Of a stretch of DNA of 13,957 bases, positions 4,470-11,067 are shown in pieces. The notes under the pieces were generated by a model. It saw only the letters and a list, made by a program, of their open reading frames with translations, had not been told where the DNA came from and did no database searches. Origin of the DNA: Deltaproteobacteria bacterium. Its GTDB lineage: Bacteria > Myxococcota > Kuafuiibacteriia > Kuafuiibacteriales > Kuafuiibacteriaceae. Made by a program: the position numbers and the translations under genes. Each line of letters opens with the position of its first letter. The first letter of the stretch is position 1. The stretch covers positions 1 through 13,957 of the forward strand of contig JAVJQW010000045.1 in assembly GCA_040218735.1 (NCBI GenBank). The letters run 5' to 3'.

Positions 4470-7400
4470 CTCGACCTCGGGCAAGCCGGAACCCGACGCC
4501 CGCGTGGCGAAAGTCGCGGTGGGAGGCGCGGCGGTACGCCGCGCGGACGTACCGCGCGCTGCCGACCCACGAGCCGCCACGCGAGACGCGGCTCGGGCGC
4601 TCCCCTGGCTCCGCCAGGGGGTCAGTGACAGGAGCGTCCGGGTACGGATCAGGCCTGCCATCGGCTCCGTCAGCGCACCACTCCCAGATATTCCCCAGCA
4701 TGTCGTATAGGCCCCACGGGTTCGGGATCTTGGTTCGCACGGCACGCGTCCCAGCCTTCGGGGTCGGGTACTGCATTTCGCCCCAGTCCGAGGTGTCGTG
4801 CCCCTCCTCGAGGTCGTAGCCCTGGCCGCTGTTGCCTCCGTACAAAGCGATGGCGTCGAGCGCCGGAGCGTTGCGATCGCCGAGAATCTCGATCGGCCCG
4901 CCGTAAGTCGCCGCCGTGGTCCCTGCGCGGCACGCATACTCCCACTCCGCCTCGGTCGGCAGCCGCAGCGCCAGCTCGACGTGCTGTCGGTTCAGCGCCG
5001 CCATGAACGCCACCGCATCGTCCCACGACACGTTCTCCACCGGCCGGTCGCGGGTTCGAAAGCGACTCGGGTTGGCCTCCTTGCCGAGCACCGCCTCGTA
5101 GAGCGCCTGCGTGCACGGCGTCTCCGCCAGCCAGTAACCCTGGGTCAGCGTGACTTGGTGCTGCTTCTCTCGATTGAAGCGCCCCGGTTCGTCTTCGGGC
5201 GAACCCATCATGAAGCGGCCCGGCGGAATCCAACGCATCCGGATCACCTCCGGCACCACCCGCGTCTCCACCTCGACGTCCGCGAACAGTCCGAACCGAT
5301 CGCGCCCGACTCCCGAAGCCCACTCGGGTCGTTCGAAGGGTTCAAGATCGAGCGACACGAGATCGGTCTCGAGCCGAACCGGCGCGCGCAGATCGATCGG
5401 GATGCGCGTGTCGGCGTCCAGCCGAACGCTGCGGATCACGTGCGGCTCGGTCTCGCGCGTCCCGCGCGGCCCGGCCGAGCTGGAGCTGGAAGCCGGCTCC
5501 GCCGGCCCCGGACTGGACTGGGCTCGACCTCGGGCAAGCCGGAAGCCGACGTGCTCGAGGCGATCGTCGCGGTGGAACGCGTAGCGGAACGCCGCGCGGA
5601 CGCTCCTCGCGAAGTCGAGCCACGAGCCGCCACGCATGACGCGGTACGGGCGCTCCCCTGGCTCCGCCAGGGGGTCCGTGACGGGGCCGTCGGGGTACGG
5701 ATCAGGCTCGCCCCAGCCCTTCGCCCCGTCGGCGCACCACTCGCGGACGTTCCCGAGCATGTCGTGCAGGCCCCATGCGTTGGGCTCGCGGGTCTTGACG
5801 TCGTGGGTCTCGCCCTCGCTGTTCTCGGCGTACCAAGCGACTGCACCCAACGGGCCATAGGGCGCCTCAGCGGAGCCGGCGCGACACGCGCGCTCCCACT
5901 GCGCCTCGGTGGGTAGAACGAGGTCGAGCCCCGGGACCTGCGCGTTCAGCGTCGCCAGGAAGACTTGCACGTCGTCGAAGCTCACTTGCTCGACGGGTCG
6001 CTGAGGCCCCTTGAAGCCGGACGGCTCGTCGTTCATCACCGCCGACCAAAGCGCCTGCGTGCACGGCGTCTCGGCCAACCAATACCCCTCGCTCAACGTC
6101 ACCTCGTGCTGTGTCTCGCCTTCGTGGCGCTCCTCCTCGTCCTCGGGTGAACCCATCAGGAACGTCCCGCCCGGGATCCACCGCATCACCTGCTCAACGC
6201 CCGCGACCTCGAACGATGCCCAGCGGCCGAACTGGTCGTTGCCCCCTCGGCTCGCCCACGCTGGCGCGAGCCGCTCCACGCGGAGCTTCGAACGCGTCGC
6301 CCGAAGGTCGATCGGCGAGTCCAGCACCGAGCCCAGCGACGTCAGGAACCCACCGCGCACATAGAGTCGGTGCGTCGCGCTCGCCGGCACGCCGGAGACC
6401 CGTCGCCCGTCGACGAGGTGCTGGAGGCGCCGGACCCATCGGCCCATGGCCTCGTCCGCCTCGAAGTCGATCTCGCCCTTGCGCTCGTCGAGGTGCTCGT
6501 ACCACGCCAGGGCCCGGTCTCTGTCGGTAGCGCCAAAGGTGCCGGTCTCCAGCGCCCGCGTGAGCTTCTCCAGATGGAGGTGCGCGGCGCGGCGCGCGTC
6601 CTCGGGGACGAGGTGGGCCTGGCCCATCGCGAGCAGGCCGAGGTACGTCTCGACCCAGACCTGCGCTGCGGTCGCGGACGCCGCCAAACGCTCGACGGCG
6701 GCGCGGCGGACGCCTACATCTCGCGCGAGGAAGCCAGCTCGAAGCGCGGCACGCGCCTTGTTGCCGATGCGCGCGCGCCCGGTGATGGTGTGGCGGACAC
6801 GTGTGTCGTGCCAAGCGGCGCACTCCACCGCTGTGCTCCGTTCGCTCGTCGCCGCTCGGAGTCCGACTGCGTCGAAGACCACCGCGAAGGACATCAGCTC
6901 CAGAACGGCCGTGACCTCCTCGTGCGATACTGTCTCTACATCCGAGACCGACCGCCAAGGTGGCGGCACGCGACGCCGACCGAGCGATAGCATCAGCGTA
7001 GGTGTTCGATGCCTCGCGAGAGACCGACCCAACGCGGACCACGGAGACCGTCGCCTTGGCTCGGCGAGCGCCAAGAAGCGGTCGGGCGAACTCGCGACCG
7101 CCGCGACCGCCTGAGCCGTGAGCCCACACGGACCGTCCGGCAGGTACTCGACGACAACGCGCTCATGACCAAACGCACGAACGAGGCCGTCGAGGATCAC
7201 TTCGTAGTCCGCCGCGAAGGGGCGCGCGTCCGAGGTGTCGTCGACGAGCACCCAAACACGACCCTCGAGGTGCCGGACACGCTCGCGCGGAATTGGGTCG
7301 ATCGGGCGGCACGTGGCGTAGCGATCGACGAGCTCAATCGTGTCCACGGCTCCCCACGAAGCGTCCCCCGTGAGCAGACGACGAAGCTTCGACGCCCAAT

Positions 7401-7734
7401 CCTCCCACCGCACGCGTGGAGGCGGCACCGCGGGCGGGGGAGACGGGGCATGAAGCTCACGGGGAGTCATCGTCGGACCATTCCGACCGGCGAGCGGTTG
7501 AGAGGGATCCTCGAACTCGACGCGGCGAACGACACGTACGAAGGTCGCAGACGGCAACCGCTCCGACTCTGGCTCGAGCCCGGACGATCGGAGGTGCTCC
7601 ACACGAGAATTCGGAGCCGGGAGGACGACGCGGGGGTGATGGCTCATCCCGAGCATCGGCGCCACCCGGATGACCTCGTCGCGGTCCATCCGCACGAGCA
7701 TCCGGAGGAGGTCCGCTCGCCCGATCGTCTTCAC
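4399..7734 (-). CDS. ternary-system vWA component: degenerate vWA-like N-terminus, helical region, two tandem FGE-sulfatase (CLec) domains, each with a DGR VR (1111 aa)
   Basis: GTG start overlaps the MoxR stop (GTGA). GAVDTIELVDRYA...PIPRER then VWVLVDDTSDARPF resembles the vWA strand-1/MIDAS region in degenerate form. Two complete FGE domains at about 6265-5520 and 5335-4470. Confidence 0.85.
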   Translation of the reverse strand: MKTIGRADLLRMLVRMDRDEVIRVAPMLGMSHHPRVVLPAPNSRVEHLRSSGLEPESERLPSATFVRVVRRVEFEDPSQPLAGRNGPTMTPRELHAPSPPPAVPPPRVRWEDWASKLRRLLTGDASWGAVDTIELVDRYATCRPIDPIPRERVRHLEGRVWVLVDDTSDARPFAADYEVILDGLVRAFGHERVVVEYLPDGPCGLTAQAVAAVASSPDRFLALAEPRRRSPWSALGRSLARHRTPTLMLSLGRRRVPPPWRSVSDVETVSHEEVTAVLELMSFAVVFDAVGLRAATSERSTAVECAAWHDTRVRHTITGRARIGNKARAALRAGFLARDVGVRRAAVERLAASATAAQVWVETYLGLLAMGQAHLVPEDARRAAHLHLEKLTRALETGTFGATDRDRALAWYEHLDERKGEIDFEADEAMGRWVRRLQHLVDGRRVSGVPASATHRLYVRGGFLTSLGSVLDSPIDLRATRSKLRVERLAPAWASRGGNDQFGRWASFEVAGVEQVMRWIPGGTFLMGSPEDEEERHEGETQHEVTLSEGYWLAETPCTQALWSAVMNDEPSGFKGPQRPVEQVSFDDVQVFLATLNAQVPGLDLVLPTEAQWERACRAGSAEAPYGPLGAVAWYAENSEGETHDVKTREPNAWGLHDMLGNVREWCADGAKGWGEPDPYPDGPVTDPLAEPGERPYRVMRGGSWLDFARSVRAAFRYAFHRDDRLEHVGFRLARGRAQSSPGPAEPASSSSSAGPRGTRETEPHVIRSVRLDADTRIPIDLRAPVRLETDLVSLDLEPFERPEWASGVGRDRFGLFADVEVETRVVPEVIRMRWIPPGRFMMGSPEDEPGRFNREKQHQVTLTQGYWLAETPCTQALYEAVLGKEANPSRFRTRDRPVENVSWDDAVAFMAALNRQHVELALRLPTEAEWEYACRAGTTAATYGGPIEILGDRNAPALDAIALYGGNSGQGYDLEEGHDTSDWGEMQYPTPKAGTRAVRTKIPNPWGLYDMLGNIWEWCADGADGRPDPYPDAPVTDPLAEPGERPSRVSRGGSWVGSARYVRAAYRRASHRDFRHAGVGFRLARGRAPGGGVPVAEPPSPEGLRKNSRG
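4476..4601 (-). repeat. DGR variable repeat VR2 (C-terminal FGE domain)
   Basis: 126 bp versus TR: 21 mismatches, 18 at TR adenines and 3 not (4492, 4525, 4583). Encodes PSRVSRGGSWVGSARYVRAAYRRASHRDFRHAGVGFRLAR. Confidence 0.92.
5454..5506 (-). other. pair of GGA-loop hairpins 3' of VR3, inside the coding interdomain linker
   Basis: GCCGGC-GGA-GCCGGC (5506-5492) and CGCGCG-GGA-CGCGCG (5468-5454). Same order and similar spacing as after VR1. Confidence 0.65.
5529..5654 (-). repeat. DGR variable repeat VR3 (internal FGE domain)
   Basis: 126 bp versus TR: 14 mismatches, all at TR adenines. Encodes PYRVMRGGSWLDFARSVRAAFRYAFHRDDRLEHVGFRLAR. Confidence 0.95.
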
Positions 7735-8762
7735 GTCTCGTGTTTCGCGTTCTTATCGAAGAAGAACTCGCCAACGTCGTCGAGGAGCTCCTCCCGCGCC
7801 TTCGACACGCTGACGCCCCGCCTCTTCGCCTCGACGGGACCCAGGACGACGAGCGTGCGAAGGAGGTCGATGAGCTCGGCTTGTCCAGGAGCCGCAAGCC
7901 CGAGATCCGACAAACGCTTGCGGTCCGTGGCGAGCTGCTTCGCCGCCGTGCGTACGAGGTCGTCGCTGAGGATCGCCGCGTCGGGGAAGTGCGCGCGCCC
8001 CCTGTCGAACAGCCAATCCTCGTAGCCGTCGCCCTTCCCCATTCGGTGCACGACGCAGCGACGGAGGAACGCCTTGGGCAAGGTCCGCTCTTCGTTCGTG
8101 GTAATGACGACGAGCGGCGGGACGCCGGGCTGGGCCACCTCTTCGAAGCCCAGCGCATCGAAGCGACGTTCACCCAATGCTTCGAGCAAGCCGTTGGGGA
8201 CGGACTCCTCGGCCTTATCGATCTCGTCGATCAGGACCACGACGCCGTCGCGCTTCGCGTCGAACGCGTCCGGGTGCCAGGGTCGTTCGAGCGTCTCCAG
8301 TCGCTCGTCACCCGCGCTCGGCGGCTCCCCGAAGCGCGCACGAAAGCGCTGCTCCGTAGCTCCTTGCCAGTCGAACGCCCACCACAGCACCCCCGGCTCC
8401 ACGAAGTAGCGCTCCTCGAGCAACACCTCGTCCTTGAATTTCGGCGTCGCCTGAAGCTGCGCCCTCGCCAGGCGTCGAACGGCGTCATACGTGTACAGGA
8501 GGTCCCGCGACTCCGTCCGGGCGTCGACGACCTTCGAGACGAAGGCGCGACCCGTGTGCACCGCGGCAGCGCGGGCGAGCTGGCTCTTGCCGACGCCCGG
8601 GAGTCCACGGAGCAGGAGTGGTCTCGAGGCTGCGAGCGCGGCGTTGACGGCGCGGATGTCCTGCGCGTCGAAGACGTGTGGACACGCTTCGCGCCCGCCA
8701 ATGGGAGGCAGCGCATAGCGCTCATCGGGCTCGACCTCGAGCAAGCGGGGGGTATCGGTCAC
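7731..8762 (-). CDS. MoxR-family AAA+ ATPase
   Basis: Walker A GLPGVGKS, Walker B VVLIDEIDKA, sensor-1/Arg finger VITTNEERTLPKAFLRRC, and YTYDAVRRLARAQ insert. GTGA overlaps at both ends. Confidence 0.93.
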   Translation of the reverse strand: MTDTPRLLEVEPDERYALPPIGGREACPHVFDAQDIRAVNAALAASRPLLLRGLPGVGKSQLARAAAVHTGRAFVSKVVDARTESRDLLYTYDAVRRLARAQLQATPKFKDEVLLEERYFVEPGVLWWAFDWQGATEQRFRARFGEPPSAGDERLETLERPWHPDAFDAKRDGVVVLIDEIDKAEESVPNGLLEALGERRFDALGFEEVAQPGVPPLVVITTNEERTLPKAFLRRCVVHRMGKGDGYEDWLFDRGRAHFPDAAILSDDLVRTAAKQLATDRKRLSDLGLAAPGQAELIDLLRTLVVLGPVEAKRRGVSVSKAREELLDDVGEFFFDKNAKHET

Positions 8763-10240
8763 GGTGGGGCCTCGTCGAACAAGGGCGCGATCGTCTCGAG
8801 CATATGCGCCTCGATCGTCAGGATCACGTCATCCTCGGAAGCACGCAAGAACAGGACGTCCAGATCGATCTCAGCGGCTTCGAGTTCGGCTTTGAAGTCC
8901 TCTGCGAACTGCGCATCGACCCGGTCTTCACGAAAAACGACGAGGTATCGGCGCTCTCCACGCTTCGCCTGCTTCTTGGTCGCGCGCGCCATGGCCCTCT
9001 TGAGAATTCCCTGATGCTGGCTAGCTCGATACTGCTTTCGCTGCGCATAGCTCGCGACCGTCTGCGTGACCGCGGCGATCACTTCCTTCGCCTGCGCACC
9101 GCCGGTCATCGCCGTGACGTCCACCTCGAGGCGATGGACAGAGTCGAGCTCGTTCTTGTCCCGTACGAAGTCGGCAGGGCGACCCATGGCAGCGGCCGCC
9201 ATGCACTCCGCGATGGCATTCGAGTAGCCACTACATACGAGAATCGGAGATCCCGCGACGAGCGATTCGGTCACCTCTTCGCCTCGATCTCGCAACCCCA
9301 CAACCCCTGGCAGGAGCGCGCATACCCACCGCGCAAGAACAGCTCGACCTCCGGCTGGTGGGTTCTCGGCGACCTCCTCCACGGTCTCGAGGAGGTCATC
9401 CGGCGATTGCGACTCGCAGGCCTTCCCGAGGTCGACGGGGGTCGTCCTGTCGTCGAGACCGAACGTCTGGCACAGGCGGAGGCGAAGCCACGCGGCCTCC
9501 GCGCCGGAGAGGGCCGCAGCGATCTCGTTGCGCTGCTCCTCGCGGATGCGCGCGTACCGCTCACGACGGGCGTGGCCCAGCTCTTCGGCGGACAGCTCCG
9601 TCGGCGCACCGGGCGCTTCGGAGTCCAGCGCACCGGCACCCGCCAGGAATGGGTGACTTGGCACGGCCCCTCGCAGCGTTCCGACAACGTGGGCGATCGG
9701 AATGATCCAACCCGACTTCGGCTCGGACCTCTCGCGGGAGACGGTCAATCCGGCGAGGTAGAAAACGCCAGCTTCCTCGATGAACACCGGGCCGCCGCTG
9801 AACCCCTTCGCCGTCTCGGCTGCGAGCTGCCAGACCTGCCGTTTCGGGTCGTAGCTGGACAGCTGTGTCGGGTGGGACTCGTAGGATCTGGTCGCTGTTC
9901 CGCGATACCCATGGAGTTGAACGGAGTCTCCGAACGACAAGCCTCGATCCCAGCAGGTCGCCGACAAGCCAAACCTCAGCGGCGCCGCGAGCTCGAGGAA
10001 CACGAAGTCATCTCGCTCGGGAGGCTCATCCATCGGCATTTCGGGCAGGACACGTTGGACTGGGCGCCAGAAGTCAGGCTGGTCGCCGCCCTGAACGTGT
10101 ACGGTCAGGTCTTTCGGATCGCGGCCGACGATGCCGTGCGCGCAGGTCAGAGCGAGGCCGTCCGTGAGGAACACGGCGGAGAGGATCGGTGTGCCGTTCG
10201 CCCGGACTCGGCCGACGAGCAAGCTAGGCCTCTTCGTCAC
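8759..10240 (-). CDS. trypsin-like serine peptidase fused to an uncharacterised C-terminal region (VMAP-position component of a MoxR/vWA ternary system)
   Basis: Catalytic triad motifs LTCAHG, DDFVFLEL and KGFSGGPVF in the first ~190 aa. About 280 aa of helical/alpha-beta C-terminus. Sits directly upstream of MoxR. Confidence 0.8.
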   Translation of the reverse strand: MTKRPSLLVGRVRANGTPILSAVFLTDGLALTCAHGIVGRDPKDLTVHVQGGDQPDFWRPVQRVLPEMPMDEPPERDDFVFLELAAPLRFGLSATCWDRGLSFGDSVQLHGYRGTATRSYESHPTQLSSYDPKRQVWQLAAETAKGFSGGPVFIEEAGVFYLAGLTVSRERSEPKSGWIIPIAHVVGTLRGAVPSHPFLAGAGALDSEAPGAPTELSAEELGHARRERYARIREEQRNEIAAALSGAEAAWLRLRLCQTFGLDDRTTPVDLGKACESQSPDDLLETVEEVAENPPAGGRAVLARWVCALLPGVVGLRDRGEEVTESLVAGSPILVCSGYSNAIAECMAAAAMGRPADFVRDKNELDSVHRLEVDVTAMTGGAQAKEVIAAVTQTVASYAQRKQYRASQHQGILKRAMARATKKQAKRGERRYLVVFREDRVDAQFAEDFKAELEAAEIDLDVLFLRASEDDVILTIEAHMLETIAPLFDEAPP

Positions 10241-10583
10241 CGGGATCGCCTGCCGCCGGGCCCTTGGAAGGCTCGTTCTTCCAGAGCGCTTCGATCTCGA
10301 TCGCCGCCTCTGCCGTTCCTTTCGTCACGATGGGTATGCCAACCTCACCGGCGAACTTCAGCCCGAACTTGACCTTCAACTCGTCAGGGCGGTTGGCCTT
10401 CGTGAAGGCCCCGAGCACGACGTCACACGTCGACGCGATCGATCCCCGGAGTTCCTCGACGGCGTCGATGATCTTGTCGGTGGCGTCGGTCCGTTCGGTC
10501 CCCGAGGAATCGTCCCCAGGGAGCTCGGCGACCCCCTCCTCCACCTCAACGAGGAACTCTCCAACCTTGATGACTCTCCCCAC
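10224..10583 (-). CDS. Trypco1 / CU044_2847-like trypsin-co-occurring protein (~119 aa)
   Basis: PDELKVKFGLKFAGEVGIPIVTKGTAEAAIEIEALW matches the family's PDE..V.FG......G......G..EA...V...W pattern. GTG 10583 has SD GGGAGG; the stop overlaps the trypsin gene start by 17 bp. Confidence 0.78.
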   Translation of the reverse strand: MGRVIKVGEFLVEVEEGVAELPGDDSSGTERTDATDKIIDAVEELRGSIASTCDVVLGAFTKANRPDELKVKFGLKFAGEVGIPIVTKGTAEAAIEIEALWKNEPSKGPAAGDPGDEEA

Positions 10584-10648
10584 AGCACCCTCCCGAAGAG
10601 CCCGAAGGGTATCACGACGTACGTCGCCACATCTCCAGGACGCGACCG

Positions 10649-11038
10649 CTAGAAGGGGATTTCGTTCTCCCCCGGCACCGGCTCGTGCGGCTCGCCGCTC
10701 GTCTTCGAGCCCTCGGCCAGGAACAGCACCCGGTCCGCCTTCACCTCGGTCGTCCAGCGCTTGTTGCCGTTCTTGTCCTCCCACTCGCTGTTCTGCAGGC
10801 GCCCCTCGACGAGGACGCCGCGGCCGCGACGCAGGTGCTCGCCGCACGTCTCGCCCTGCTTTCCCCAGACGACGATGCGGTGCCAGTCGGTCCGCTCCTG
10901 CATCGCGCCGTCGACGTCCTTCCAGCGCTCCGTCGTCGCGATGCGGAAGTTCGCGACGGCCGTTCCGCCCTGCGTGTAGCGCATCTCGGGATCCGCACCG
11001 AGGTTCCCCATCAGCATCACCTTGTTGAAGTTGCTCAT
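10649..11038 (-). CDS. ssb: single-stranded DNA-binding protein (129 aa)
   Basis: [46 protein letters not shown] and acidic tail ENEIPF. SD AAGGAG before ATG 11038. Confidence 0.95.
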   Translation of the reverse strand: MSNFNKVMLMGNLGADPEMRYTQGGTAVANFRIATTERWKDVDGAMQERTDWHRIVVWGKQGETCGEHLRRGRGVLVEGRLQNSEWEDKNGNKRWTTEVKADRVLFLAEGSKTSGEPHEPVPGENEIPF

Positions 11039-11067
11039 CCGTAGCTCCTTTCGGTCCTTCGCTTCGT

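Larger units (their letters stand above)
1527..5673 (-). mobile_element. diversity-generating retroelement: target(VR3,VR2)-hrdc-RT-TR-spacer-target(VR1)
   Basis: RT, accessory gene, TR, three adenine-mutated VRs, IMH/IMH* and hairpins are all present. Confidence 0.93.

Noticed and set aside
3806-4570. Long N-terminal extension of the RT (589-aa ORF)
   Set aside because: It overlaps hrdc and VR2 in another frame with Arg-rich nonsense composition. ATG 3805 in a TGATG junction gives a normal DGR RT size.
1602-5654. CRISPR array or simple paralogous repeats
   Set aside because: Four dispersed 126-bp copies with adenine-specific mismatches; no repeat-spacer periodicity and no cas genes.
1579-6270. 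Catalytic formylglycine-generating enzymes
   Set aside because: The catalytic Cys pair after RGGS is absent (that segment is the VR) and there is no sulfatase nearby.
10584-10847. N-terminal extension of the Trypco1-like ORF (207 aa)
   Set aside because: It overlaps ssb; a good SD precedes GTG 10583.
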